From the human T2T-CHM13v2.0 reference genome, Homo sapiens, in the NCBI RefSeq assembly GCF_009914755.1, contig NC_060932.1: 64,000 bases of DNA; one strand, 5' to 3'. Of this stretch, positions 19,181 to 42,965 are shown piece by piece. The notes under the pieces are model-generated. The model had not been told where the DNA came from. It saw only the letters and a program-made list of their open reading frames with translations, and searched no databases. The position numbers were made by a program, and so were the translations under genes. How positions within the stretch are numbered: position 1 is the stretch's first letter; each line of letters starts with the position of its first letter.

Positions 19181-21379
19181 CTGTAGCAGCATTAAGCGGA
19201 TCACATTTCATTTCCCCCATCCTAAGGGGAAAGGTCGGCCCTCCCCAGGACTTCTTTGTGTCCGGAGTTGCCCCCTCCCCAGATGCTCAGTTCTTTGCCA
19301 AGATTGCCACTTGCCAGAGGAACACCCCATTTCCTTTGGGATAGCTCAGCCTCACCCTTCCCTAGCAACAGCTGAACAAACCCCGCCCCTCAAAACCCCA
19401 GCAGCCCCTGCCCAAGTCGAGAGAAGGCAATTTGTCAACTGGGGGCTGACCAGGATGCGTGTGATTCGGAGAGGGTGGGGGTCTGGCCCTCGACGCGTCA
19501 GATGCACATGCTGGGGGGGCAGCCCAAGGAGAGGTCAGCTCAGGGAACCTCTCGCTAACAGGTGTCAGGGCAGGGGATTTGGAGCTGTTGACTATATTAG
19601 GACGGGAGGCCACAGCTGCCATAAAACCCACACTTGCTCTGGCAGCAGGAGCTGTCGCACACAAAGGTCCTTTCTCCTCAGCCCTCTGACTGGGCACACC
19701 CTCAGGCCCCCCACCATCCACTCTCCCTCCCCGTGCCCCATCCTTCTCTGTCCCTGGGTGGGAGCACTGGACCCACCGGGGTGTCTGCACCTCACAAGAT
19801 CTGATACCACCAAGAGCACCTGTCCCTCCCCTGACCAGTGCCTCTTCCCGCACGCGTTCAAGAAGGCCCGTGGCCCGGACACACCTGAGTTCACCATCCT
19901 GGGCTGTTACCCATCTCCTGAGCACACCCCTCTGCACTCACGAGGGGAAATGAACTTTCTATTTCCTTTTAGGATGTTCAAATGTACTCCTGGCATCTTC
20001 CACCTCTCACCTACCACCCACATCCCGCCCACAGCCTTGGAGAGGACTTTTCTCACCATTTGTTCACCCTAAGAGACTCAGTGGAGCGACTGCCGCTCCC
20101 CGATGCATAAGGCTCTGAAACAGCATGTTCTCCCTCAGCCCCTGCTGTGGCTCACGGCTGCCCCAGTGGCCACAGGGCCCCTGATTTTTTTCTGTCCAGC
20201 TCTCACTACTCACTCTTCTGTCTCAGCCTAGCTGGTGACTTCTCCTCCAGGGCGGTGCTGACTCCCAGTCTGGGTTAGGTGCCCTCCCCCTCCTGGCACC
20301 TGTCACACTGAAGGGCAGTCCTCTTTCTGAACCTGAGTGCGGTGATGTGTCATCGGTACCTTTAAATCCCCAGCACCTACTACGATGCCTGGCGCCCAGG
20401 AGTTGCTCAAGAAATGCTTGCTCAATAAATACCACACGTGCAGTCACTCTGGCTCTTCACTGCCTTCCTTTCTACTCTCCCTTTTCTCTTTCACTCCCCC
20501 TTATTTGAAACACGGTCTTCCTCAAGTGCTCAACAGGCTTCCGCTAGAAACCTTAAAAATGAAAATGGGTGTCCCGCGCATCATGATCAGCAACTGACAG
20601 GGACTGACAGTGGTTTCTCTTGGGGGGGCCAAGGTTGCAGACCCAGTCCTGCATTGACCCATGGGCTTTATCTTAAATAAGAGTTGTCAGAAACAGGGGT
20701 ACTGCTTTAAAAGGGCTCAGAAACCACTAGGCTTGCACACGTTTATTTTTGTGAGTCCGGTCAAGGGGAACACCACAAAGGTGAGTAGACCACACAACTG
20801 ATTAAAAATAAGCTTTTGTGGGCCTTAGAAAAAGTTATTCTTTCCATTTTTAATGGTCTGTGGTTTTGCCAAACGAAGGTAAGGAGAAAAGCAGTTTAGA
20901 CTCAACTCTTAAGGAACAGAGCAGACACTTCTATTGATCAAATCTCATTTCCCTCAAATGACCTCGGTGATTAAATATTTTGCAGCTTGTGATCTGTGCA
21001 ACCCATTGGTCAAGAGTAAACTTGAATTCTTACCCTCTGGCATCACAAGGCCTATTGCAGCCGATCCCAGAGAAAAAAGCAGCTCCCAAAGACAAAAATG
21101 TAGCAAAGAGAACCCCCAGGCATTTATTTCCCCCCAAGAGAATGCAGCAAAGGAACACTGGCCCTGGTGAGACCCGCTCTAGCTGATACCAGCTTGGATC
21201 CGTAACTTCCTGCCCGTCCCAACCAGAACGTGCAAACAAAACTCCACTATACGTGATCTGTAAAAGCCTCAAGAACCAGCTCGCTTTCCTCCTGATGCAA
21301 GTTTAGACCCCGGTTCCCTTCCAAACGTGGCTCAGGTATGCTCTGTCCTATCCCTTTACCGGAACCATCTCGGGATAAA

Positions 21380-21665
<286 letters not shown>

Positions 21666-22025
21666 GGATAATCTTTTAAATGGCCTCCCTGGGGCTGCAG
21701 CTCAGACTCCTGCTTCCAAGCTGTCATGTGCTTGACATTATTTTCCTGATCAAAATCTACCCTGTGTACAGAGTAAAATCCACATCCCTGCCTCACCTTC
21801 AAGACTCCCTGCAATTGGCTTCCACTCTCTCCACCCAGCCCCATTCTCTCTACCAGGGGCTGTCCCTCCCCACCGCGCCCCCCCCCCCTCCCCAGTTGGG
21901 ATGCTTTCAGCACGGCTGCATCCTCCCTGGCATGGCAAAGCTTACTCCTTCCTGAGGACTGTCAGCGCCACTCCAGAGTCCTCCTACCCCAAACTACTCA
22001 AAGTCCACCATCCAAAACGTCCAGG

Positions 22026-22615
22026 GGCTGGGTGCAGTGGCTTATGCCTGCAATCCCAGCACTTGGGGAGGCTGAGGCAGGAGGCTCATTTGAGCCCAGG
22101 AGTTCAAGACCAGCCTAGGCAACATAGTGAGACCTCGTCTCTACAAAAAAATTTAAAAACTAGCCAGACTTGGTGGCACATGCCTGTAGTCCCAGCTACT
22201 CAGTGGGCTGAGACAGGATTGCTTGAGCCCAGGAGTTGGAGGCTACGGTGAGCTATGATCATGCCACTGGACGGGATGACAAAGACCCTTTTTTTTTTTT
22301 AAGACAGAGTTGCTTTGTTGCCCAGTCTGGAGTGCAGTGGCACAATCTTGGCTTGCTGCAACTTCTGCCTCCCAGGTTCAAGCCATTTTCCCACTTCAGC
22401 CTCTGGAGCAGCTGGGACTACAGGCATATGCCACAATGGCTGGCTTATTTTTGCATTTTAGTAGAGATGGGGTTTCACCATGTTAGCCAGGCTGTCCTTG
22501 AACTCCAGACCTTAAGTGATCTGCCCGCCTCGGTCCTTGCATCTTCAGTTAGCAAGTGCTGGGATTACAGGTGTGAGCCACCGCACCCAGCCAGACCCTG
22601 TCTTAAAACAAAACA
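22026..22615. mobile_element. + Alu interrupted near its 3' end by a - Alu (22288-22592)
   Basis: agaccct duplicated at 22283 and 22593. Confidence 0.85.
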
Positions 22616-22734
22616 AGAAACTAGGAAGCCTTGTTTATATCAATGTCTCATCTCTAATTTTCTGTAAAACAGTTACCGCCTGAATCACACAAATTCACAC
22701 TCAATTACATTCCATTTTGTATTGTTTCTATTTT

Positions 22735-23145
22735 ATTTAAACAGCAGACAGGTAATTCACATGCTGTAATATTCATCCATTTAATGGTTTTTGTATATTC
22801 AGAGTTGTGCAATCATTCACCACAATCTCACTTTAGAACATTTTTACCATCCCTCGCCCCTCAAAAAATGCCTGACCCATAGTAGTCACTCCTCCATCCC
22901 CTATCCCCAGTCTAAGCAACCACTAATCTGCTTTCTGTCTATGGATTTGGCTATTCTAGATATTTCATATCAATGGAATCATACAATATGTGATCTTTTG
23001 TGACTGGCTTCTTTCACTTAGCATGTGTTCAAACTTCCTCCATGTTATAGCATAGAATCAGCACTTTGTTCCTTTTAATGACCTAATAATATTCAATTGT
23101 GTAGACATACCACATTGCAGTCATCAATTGACAGATATTGGGTAT
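22735..23145 (-). mobile_element. Old L1 (L1M) 3' fragment
   Basis: gagttgtgcaa..., ggaatcatacaatatgtg...gactggcttctttcacttagcat L1M signatures. Confidence 0.8.
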
Positions 23146-23299
23146 AATGTTTCTTTCTTTTTTAAAAAATAAGTTAAAATTTCAAATGTTGCCCAGGCTG
23201 GTCTTGAACTCCTGGACTCAAGCAACCCACCCACCTTGACCTCCCAAAGTGTTGGGATTACAGGTGTGAGCCGCTGCGCTCAACCCATATTGCTGCTGC

Positions 23300-24179
<880 letters not shown>

Positions 24180-25049
24180 TAGGAATTAGCAAGCAACTCA
24201 GCGCAGACGTACCTGTTATAATTTTCCCACAGTGCCTAACAATGTCAAAAACCCAGAGACTACTCAGTAAGTCCAGAACTGAATCTAGCATCCAGCAAAA
24301 GCTAATTTTCAGAGGAACCAAAAATCAGACTAACCTCGGGTTCTAGCGGCTTTTTTCCACGGCTAGGAGTGCTCTTGGTGTGTGTCAGGTTCTCCGTTTA
24401 CAAAGCAGGGATGATGCCACTTTCTTACAGGAGATGAAACCAACTGCTTGTATGCTTTCTGGGCCCTGCTTGACTGCGTCACAACCCCATCCAGTGGCCC
24501 TGAACTTGGGGAGTTCTATGTAAGGTGGCTGATTTGGGGGCATGACTGCTCACTAGCACCCTGCAACTACCATGTCAGTACTTTCCATTCTCTTTTGGTC
24601 TTTCCAGTGTCCCTCACTTATGTCCTCATTAGAAAGGTCCTTGCCTCTTCAGCTCCAGCTGCCCTGAGCTGGCCTTTCTCTGGTCAAGACCAACAGGCCA
24701 GGGTGTCGTTAGGTGTCCATTAGCAAGAGAAAAGCTACCTGACACTTTTATTGGACTGGCCAAGAAAGATGAAGAAAGCCACTTTATTGTTCAGTCACTT
24801 GAAACCAACATTCCAACTCCTGGAGAACCTGATTAATTGGAATCAGATACAAAGGTTGTCCTCAAAATGCACATGGGGATGCTGTGAGGGAAGCAGCACC
24901 AAAACACTTGCTTTGTGCATCTGTTTCCTGAGAGATGAGGTGGGGAATGGAGGCTGGAGGGCATCTGGTATCTGGATTCCCTGGTGACCTAGCCTGAGGC
25001 TGAAAAAGACTGGCTGTTCACTATTACAGGCTCTAGGTGCCATGTGTTA

Positions 25050-27625
<2,576 letters not shown>

Positions 27626-29275
27626 TCAAACACAGGTAGCCTGGTTCTCCAGAATCCACATACATCATACATCCAGAGTCCAGCTTTACCGCTGTGCAAG
27701 GCAGCCTCAATCTTCACAGTGTCTTGACTTCCCCAGGTGAGGAAGCCCTTCTGGTTCAGCCCTTTGATTCTGTCTAATGGCACCCCCTGCATCCTACCTC
27801 CTCCCGTGAGATTCTGAAGTTGGTTGCTTTGGCCTTATCCTCCCCTCCTTCCCTCATTTCCTCAAGCCCATAGCTCATATCAATCATTACCTTACAGTTG
27901 AGTGCTTTTAATTATAAAATGCACTCTCCTGCCCCTGCGAGTCCAGCAGGCTCGGCTGTCCAAATGTGGCAGGTGAGAAAATGGGGGAGGTGTTCATTGT
28001 GATTGTGGCAGACTCAAGACCAGTAACAATGCCCTGTTTTGGCATTGCACTTAATATTTCATAGGGCCTGCTTCCTTGTGACCAGGTGACTTGTGTTCCT
28101 TCCCATTTAAACATGGAAAAATGGCTCCCAAAGTCACAAAACAGGGACAAGCTCTAGAGGCTGCATCTGCTGGGTCCTGGCCCCTCCACTGTGTCCAGGT
28201 ACTCTTCCAGGGTTCAGTCCAGCCAGCACTGTCGCAGCACATGGGGTGATGAGGGGTGGCCCACTCCAGGTCTGTGCCGCTCTGCCTGGGCCACAGGAGA
28301 CAGCACCCTGCCTCTCCTGTCCTCAGCTCAATCCCCAGCAGTCACCTGACACCTTCTCTTCTCGAGCCCCTCACCGTTGATTACAGCTTACAGCTGATGA
28401 CCCCTGATGACCCACTGAGAAGATTAAGAACACGAGGCAAAAGAGCTGGTCCGCCCTCCCCCTTGGGCCACATCCTCAGGACTGCACAGGGCTCACAAGG
28501 GTCCCGGCTTTCAAGTCCTGACTGCTCCAGACCCCCAACACTCCATGACAGCCCCAGCTGGTCTGGAGCCTCTCAACCACGTCCTCTCCCACCCCTGGTT
28601 CGGCCACTACCCCAGTTCCACCTCCCCAGTGGAGCCAATATCCTCACTGCTCCTTTCATTTTCCTTTTCTTCCCCTAAATGCCTTTCTCCTTCTCTCTCT
28701 CCAACAAGCAATCATCTCCATCACTTTCCTAGGCCTTAAAACTCACTCTTCTGAGACTGGCCAAACTGCATTCTCCACCTCTCCCCAACATGAATGTGCC
28801 TTTCCCTAGAGCTGAAAATGTTCATGCCTGTGTCTTGCACTTACTCATGTTGCTGGGGTGCTGGGCTGACAGTAGGTATTTGTATTACCTACTCTACGTT
28901 CTACACTCCAAAGGGCTTAGGGCTTGGATAACTGGCCCCCAACAAAATCCAGGCATCCTCCATGAGCATGATGTCTCAGGGTAGCAATTTCTATCATCCC
29001 TATTCCATCTTTTTGATTTCTGAGTTAAGAAAATTAGGAGAGAAAGGCTAAACTCCTCAGCAACATGGGGGAAACTGGTGGTCCAGGAATGTTTACAGTC
29101 TTGGTATAAACTCCCCAGAGATAAATGAGGGGGCAATTGTGGGTGGGGGAGGAACTCGGGGTGGCTTTGAAAGCAACTTAAAAGGAGCACAGAACAGCGC
29201 AGCGGGGCTCCGGGGGCCCTCTGCAGAGGTTTTTTTATTACGTATTTTGGCTTTGAAATGGAACTGAAAACTTAC

Positions 29276-29343
29276 CTTCGGCTGGCAGGACCCGGCCAGA
29301 GTGCAGAAGCATCTCACCGAAATCCCGGGTCACAGCTGCCATC
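29276..29343 (-). CDS. FGFR1: Alternative 68-nt exon giving the N-terminus MAAVTRDFGEMLLHSGRVLPAE
   Basis: cttgtag acceptor, AAG/GTAAGT donor, ATG at 29342, phase 1 in frame with exon 3; matches a recalled isoform N-terminus. Confidence 0.8.
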
Positions 29344-31331
29344 CTACAAGGGTTTGGGTGGAGAGAGCCCCAAAAATGTGTTTCTCTCAACTCTCGGAGT
29401 CCCCAAATAGAAGGAGAGCTGCAAAAATGGGGGGCACAGGTATGTGTGGAAAGAGAGCCGGGAGCACCAAATCAATTAGCAGGGCCTGACACCCAGGGCC
29501 AATGGCGTCCACCAGCCCCCCGACCCAGGGGATTTGGAGAAGGGCTTTTTTTTTTTTTTTAAATTGAAGAAAGTGAAAAGAGTAAGAGGGGACATTTTGC
29601 ATGCAAATGGGCCACTGCCAGAAGAGCCCATTAAAATGTAAAAACTCCACATTCAGCCTGACAAAACGGTGCAAACTGCTGTGTTTGCCAGAGGGCCGGC
29701 AATAAAGCTCACAACAAAGGGGCCGGGGGACAATGGCAGACTGAATGGCCTCTGCCAGCAGGTCCCCCCGTGCGTTGCCATGGGGACCCCACCGGGGCTT
29801 ACTAAAGGTATTTCCTGAGGAGAAAGGCCGAGCACACAGGCCCAGGCAGCCCGGCTAATCCTGACAGGAAGCCATGGCCATTCAGCAGCCCAGGGGCTTG
29901 GGGCCCAGAGTTTTGTTTTGTTTTTATTAAAAAAAGATTTCGGCCTTTTGTGCGTCCCACCTCGTCACTGTAATTTAGTGCCGAGCCGCCTGCACTAGCC
30001 AAAGCCACAGCCAGGACCCTGCACCCGCCCCGAGACCCCCCAAAAACAGATCCCCCCGAGCTGGGCAGCAAGACACGTGTAGAATCCCACTTGGGAATCG
30101 CAGGCGCCAAGAGCTATTGGCCTGGAGAGTTGTGTGTGGATCTTAAAAGACAGAGGGACTCTGGGTGTCGTAAAGGATAACGCAGCCTGAGAACTGAGTT
30201 TGGGGCTCAAGCTTCTATGCACGGATTCATCTGATGCCTCCTTCAAATCTGTACTTTTTTCCCCTAGGGATTTTGCCACCTTTCTCCAATCAGCACCAGT
30301 GTCCCCCACCTCCTCCCTACCTCTCACAATGGGGAGTTCACTACCTCACTGGGAGAAGGGCTGTAATTAAGTGATTAACAAAGGAATGCACCCAAGAGTT
30401 GTCTGAAAAGAAATTTCCCTCCTTCCTCTCTCCCCAGCAAAAGTTCTCACCCTATTGTTTACTGATACATTAAGGACAGAGCTGTACAGAAAACTCTTAC
30501 TACACTCTTTCGCTCAACCTATTCCCAATACACTTTGCTTCTCTCCCTCCTATCTAAACAGGAAGAAAGCATTGCTCTGGAAAGAGGGAAGTTCATTCAC
30601 TCATCCAAGAAGAGCAAAGGTAGATGCCCTGCGGCTATGGAGGAGGGCCGTCCAAGCTCACAGTTCCTAGAAGTTTGTGTCACCATTTCACATTTAGCAC
30701 CAGAATCCAGCCTTGGCAGATTCAGGGAAGGAAGCCAAGGACACAGCTGGTGGTGAAGACAGAAACTCCTGTGTGACAACTGCCCCCTAGGACACAGTTT
30801 AGGGTCAATTAACATTTCCTGAACAACTTGCAAATGGAAAGAGCCATCCCCAATGAAGACTGAAAAATGAGAGGCTCAACTCATCTATTATGACTTGAAC
30901 CCAAGTCTATCTGTGTTTGCAAAGGCTGTGCTGTTGCACCTAGACCTCCACCCAGAAACATGTTTTGGGGCTGACATTTTAATAGAAACATAGAGAGGAA
31001 AACATACTATTTCGGAGACATTAAGACTGTGACTAGCAACTGCCCCGGATACCCTGGGAAGCTTCTAAGGCCATATTGGGTGGGTCCTATTTTGGGAAAA
31101 GAAGTTGGGGCATCTGCACGATAATAGAAAGCTCCCAGGATCTGGTAAGGACCACTTAGGTGGACTGTAAGTTGGGGGGATCTAAACACTCAGGTTGGAC
31201 CGGGGCAGGGGGAGTGTCTTCTCCTGCCTTTATTATAATATAAATCACATCCTAAACTCAAAGCAAAGTCCAACTCGTCATCACCTGTGACAGTGCATAA
31301 GAAAGAACATCTTCCACCAAGTTGTTAAAGT

Positions 31332-31362
<31 letters not shown>
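31332..31362. repeat. (GT)n microsatellite
   Basis: ~15 GT units. Confidence 0.95.
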
Positions 31363-31366
<4 letters not shown>

Positions 31367-32029
31367 GGGTCCCACTGCTGGAGGGGAGCTCAGACTCTCC
31401 CACCACTGGCCCGGAGCCCAGGCCTCCCAGCCATGTGTCTGCAGCTGCGACCTGTCATGCACTTCCTGGTCTGGGTTCTGTAATGGAAAGATCATTAAGA
31501 GTGGGGGAGGGTGGAGAGATGAATCAACGGCAAAGAGGTAACCCTGCAGCTCCCACTCTCCACTGAGCTCTGACCTTAAAGTTCGGTCAGGTTCCTTAAG
31601 GAAAAGAATGTATCGCCCTCCCCCCACCTCTCCCAGCTGGGGCCTCTCGAACAACCTCCCCTCCCCCAAACTCAGCAGAAATTGTATGGGGAAGGAAACG
31701 CCAGCAGCTGGGCAGGGAAAAGTTGCCGCTCCCTAAACTTGCTGATGAATTAGTAGAGGCTTCAGCTGTTTCAGGATGTGTCTTCTGGTCCCCCAAGCCC
31801 GACATGGGTGCTTGAGCTCACAGTTCACCTGGACTCTCAGCACCCCAAGTGCCTGCCATATCCCCGCAATCCCGTCTCATTCCTGCAATGGTGGGGCTGG
31901 GTCACCAGCCTCTCCAGAGTAGAGAAAGGAATGGGCTTCATAAAGTTACTTTTTCTCCACCGTAAAGAAATTCTCTTAAGGTTTCACACGATGAGACTAA
32001 AGACAATAAAACATCCTTTGAAAATGAAA

Positions 32030-33662
<1,633 letters not shown>

Positions 33663-34452
33663 TAGGGATTTTTCTACCTGAGAGTGTGTGGCTCTGTGGT
33701 AGCCAGGAAGCTAAAGCCTAGTATCTATGCTCAGGGTTCCAGTGATCTGGGGATCTAGAACAATCCTGGGAAAAGAGCCCTTACTCTCAGCAAAGTCAGT
33801 ATTCCCCATGTCCTACTAGAAGAGAGAGAGTATACTTTGAGGTCCTTGTAAAACCATTTAGTCCCAAACTCAGCTTGAGCCACAGGTAGTTGTCACTGGC
33901 TGGGTCCAGCCAGAGAGAGTACCTGAAGAAATCACTCAGATGACAGCTGATCACTTACTGTGTGACCTCAGGCAAGTCACCTCCCCTCTCAAGCCTCAGC
34001 TTCCTCCACTGTAAAATGAGAAGGCTGACTGACCCTGTCCCAGCCCTAACCAATGTCCTGTTTCACCTGGGTCTTGTGAGATGATAGAGGGGCATCGCTT
34101 ACTGGCATCCCTTTCCGTGCCCATCGTGAGCACAAAGCTCCCTCTGATGTGAGGGAAGTGAAGAGCCCTCAACTGTCCTTGAGTTGTCCTTCAGAAAAAA
34201 CGATTCTGTGTTGGTCTCAGGGCTCCGGCTACCAGCACCTTCAATAAATGCTTCTCCTCTTCACCCGTTCTCCCTGGCCTGGGGTGCTTCTCCAGAATCT
34301 AAGGCTGGCAGAAAGCCCAGCTATACATGGAGGATTCACTTTAGTGTCATCTTTTGATGGTCATGATATATTACCCCATGAGAATGGCTAGGCCAATAAA
34401 TTTTTTAAATGCACTGGGAGTTTGGGGTAGTGAAGAAGGGCTAAAATTATAA

Positions 34453-35675
<1,223 letters not shown>

Positions 35676-36059
35676 CTTCTTCATTATTTATAAAAAACAC
35701 TAGTAGCCTCAAAAAAATGTTAATGTCCCAGCCTCTGAAGCTTTTGATATGTTTACTTCCATTCATCAGAGATTGTTGGACCACATCCATATTAGAAGCA
35801 ATCTAGTTTATGCGTCCAGGCAATACCCATACCACACATTCTAGGCTAACTGTGACCTATAAAGAAAACTCAGGTGTCGGATCTGACACCTTGGGAACCT
35901 TCTCCATGTAGGTCTTTGGCAACAGTGGAAATGGCAGCGTCCATGGGGATTTTGTTCCATTGATTATTCTAGGCTAGGGAACCTTGTTCATTAAGGCAGT
36001 TCACAGACCTGTGACTGATGTGTAACCTCTCTACAGAATGCCACAGGAGATATTACTGC

Positions 36060-36066
<7 letters not shown>

Positions 36067-36113
<47 letters not shown>
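36067..36113. repeat. (CA)n microsatellite
   Basis: ~23 AC units. Confidence 0.95.
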
Positions 36114-36115
<2 letters not shown>

Positions 36116-36376
36116 CTGACAAAGGGAGGGGATGCCTGACTCCTGTGAGACAAAGGGGACTGAGCCAGCAATGTTTACATTCAGAAGTTGGTCCACCTAG
36201 ATTTTGTGGGGAAACCCAATTTGATATAGAAAAATAGTGTAATACAATGGGAAAAAAATACTATAGCAGAACCACCTGAGTTTAAATCCTAGTTCCACCC
36301 CTCACCCACTATATAAACTTAAGATAGGTTACTTAACCCCTCAAACCTCAGTTTACTCATCTGATTATGGTCATAA

Positions 36377-38100
<1,724 letters not shown>

Positions 38101-41100
38101 AAATGGGGTAATTAATTTGGAGATAGGGGAAGGCTTCAAAAGGGAGGTGGCCCTTAAGTTAAGCTTTAATCTAAACCCAAGCTAAACCTTAAACTAAGAT
38201 TTGAGCAGGAATTATAAAAAGTGAAAAGGAAGAAAAGGACAGGAACAGATATTTCCAGCTAAGGGACTAGGATAAAACAATGTATAAAGTATACATTGTA
38301 TTTACGGAAAAAGGAAGAGACTTGCTTGACTAGATGAATGAATAAATGAATGAGTGAAAAAAAATCAGTCAATGAATGGACCATTAGCCAGAAGCTAGTT
38401 TTTGATCCTAGAGAAAAGTGAGGAAGGGCTAAGCTCTGAATTCAATGTTCACTGTTGGTTAACTCCTAGAAACCTCCGTGTTGCTGTTTCTGACCTCTTT
38501 CTCTGCCCAACCTCGTAACCACTAAGTCTACTCTTTGCGGAACTCCTTGACCCTCTCACCCACTTCAGGCTCCCTGTGTCTCCATGTCCAGGGCCTGGGA
38601 ACACAAATGGCACAGCCCCCACCCCACCTTTTACACAACCCATCCCGGGAGGCTCAGCCACGCCACAGCATGTGAACGAGGAGAGGGCGTGGAGTTTCAA
38701 GCTCTGCCAGGGTGGATCTTTCTCAGTGCCTGAAACCAGCTACACGGAGCCCTCACCCCACAGCCCCTAGTTTGCAGGGCACAAATGCTTTACATGAAGG
38801 CAGTAGATACCTGTTTGGCAAGTGGAAAGGCAAGAACTGTTGTGAGCCAAGAAACAGGAGAAGGGAGGGAACTCTGAGGGTAGAAGTTCAATGTCTCTTG
38901 GTGCCACACTGGCAATGCTAAGAGGCAACAGGCCCACTACCGGGGAGGAGGGGTTAGGGCAATTGGCCCTGCTACTTGGCTGCCACCAGCTGTAAGTCAG
39001 AGCAAACCCCAAGGTCAGAAGTGGCCCAGACTCCAGCAGGCTTCTCCTAGGAGGAAACAGTTTGGGATTTAGCCCAGGCCCTTCAGATCCAGGTAGGGCA
39101 GTTAGCTTTCAGCTTAATTATTTAGGGTGCAGTGGGGCTGGGGAGTATGGTGGGTGGGGAGAAGGGATTGCCTGCCTGCAAGTTGGTGAAAGAGCCAGGC
39201 CCAGGAGGAAGGCCTGGGCCGCCCCGTTCAGGAGCCCAGGAGAATGAGAGCAGCTGGACTTCCCCGGTCAACAGGGAAACAGTTGTCTCATTTCCAAGCC
39301 TCAGGGAAGGAAGAAAGAGGCAAAGGTGGTGTCTACAGGGTGAGCTGGAGCCCCCAGTGGCCCCGGAGGAACGAGGCATTGTGAAAATAGGGCCAGCTGC
39401 TGGTCGGGCTCTCTGACCCCAGACCTCGCCCTCCCGGATAATGACTCCCCAGGACTCACTTCTCCCAGGGCCATTCATCACCGCCCAGACACAAGCCATC
39501 ACTCACTGCTTCTGCCTGGCCAGGAGCAAACACCCCTCCGTGCTGGGGCCACAGGCTCCCAAAGAATCCCTGATGCTGTCTCTCCAGTTCCTGCTGACCC
39601 GACTCCAGGTAGTCACAGGAACCAGGTGATGGAAACCCTGACAGAGTCTTTGTTTGGGATCCCTCCCTTCCCCCACTGGCAGCAAGATCTCTGGACAGCC
39701 ATTTGTTCTTCCCTGAGAAATTCCTCCTCCCTGACTTCAGGGAGCGGGCCTGGCAGAGCCAGAGTGGAAAATCAGTGAAGCTAATGGTGTAGCAATGCAG
39801 AAGCCGGAGCCAAGAACACAGCCTCGGAGTGGCTTTGCTGCGCTTGCCCCAGCTTGGTCAAGAGGGCCACGTGAGCGTCCTCACATTCTCTCACAGGCCG
39901 AGGGCTGGGTCCTCCCTGTCCAGCTCTGAACACTTGCAAACACCCCTTCCAGGCACTGGAGCCACTTCTCCAGGGGAAGTGGGACAGAGCTGATCCTCTG
40001 GGGAAACCTGTTATGAGCTTAGCACCTTGCAGATTTCTAGAGGCCTAAATCCTCCACCCTTGTTCTCAAGAGGGTCATCTGACATCACCTTTTGCTCCAT
40101 GGAATTCCATTCGCCTTCTGGCAGGGGATGAAGAAACTCCTCTTACCATCCAGGTTGAATGAGAAGCAAACAAGTTCTTTTCATCATAAGAAATCATGCT
40201 GGAGATGGGGTGGGAGTAGGGGAGGGTCTTGCCTGTGTCCCAAGGCAGCCTTGGGACACAGGACCACAGTCCAGTGTAGATGCTAGACTACAGGTCTGAT
40301 AGTGGAACAGAGGGTGTCCCACTACCAAACCTGTAGTACCTATTTGAGACTCTCCCTGCAGCCAGGCTGAAACGCACACCCCTTTGGGCCAAAGGCAGCT
40401 GGAGACGCCCAGGGATGGAGGACCTGCAAGGGCCCTATGATCTGAGGCTAGGCAATGGCTCTGGCACCACGCACAGCCTCTCCCCCATAGGTGCAGGTTT
40501 CTGCAAAACACAGAGACAAAGCCCCGCTTTGTGGTGCACACAGGGCATCCAGGGGGCTTGAGGCCAGAATGGAAATGTGTGGTTTTTCCATTAAGTGCAA
40601 CCTCTCCCCCCTCTAACAAGCCACCAGACTCCTTCAAATCTGGGTGGGTGGGAGGAGCTGTAAAACTCAGCCCATTAAATCACTTCTGAGCTGCAGGTTT
40701 TCTGAGCACTGGGGTGTTTAACCCACAGTACTGCTGAAAAGGGGGCAGGACCCCCACCCCAACTACCAGCAGTGGCCTTGCAAGCAGTGTTGTACTCACT
40801 CACTGGCTTTGCCCACCAAGACTTGACTTATTGCAAAAGACAGACAAATGCACCCTCTGCAAGCTCAGAATGTTGGGGCTTATCATCTGAAACCGGCTTC
40901 AGTCTTTCCAAACAACTCCCTCACCACTCTCAAAGCCTGATCTGAAACAAGCTGAGGCTCTGTAAGATCCCAAACCAAAGGAGGGGAAGGAGAGGGAGAG
41001 GGGAGGGAGGCTGGTTTTCCTGGAACCCTTATTAAATCAACTTTCCAAGGACAGCCAGAAACTCCAGGCCCTCCCCAATCCCTCAGGAGCACTTGCAGAC

Positions 41101-41141
41101 TGAGGGGCGTTGGTACTGCGCTCAGTGGGGAGGGGCTCCCG

Positions 41142-41160
41142 ACAGACACACAGACACACA

Positions 41161-41202
<42 letters not shown>
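41142..41202. repeat. Compound (CAGA)/(CA)n microsatellite
   Basis: Direct reading. Confidence 0.95.
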
Positions 41203-41205
<3 letters not shown>

Positions 41206-41313
41206 AAAATCACAGCAAGGCCTTTTAAATGGGGAAAACTCAGTGTGAACAGGGTTTTAGGTGGTTTGCTCTCACCTTTTGGACAAAGCCCTTAATACAT
41301 AGATTATAATGTG

Positions 41314-42965
<1,652 letters not shown>

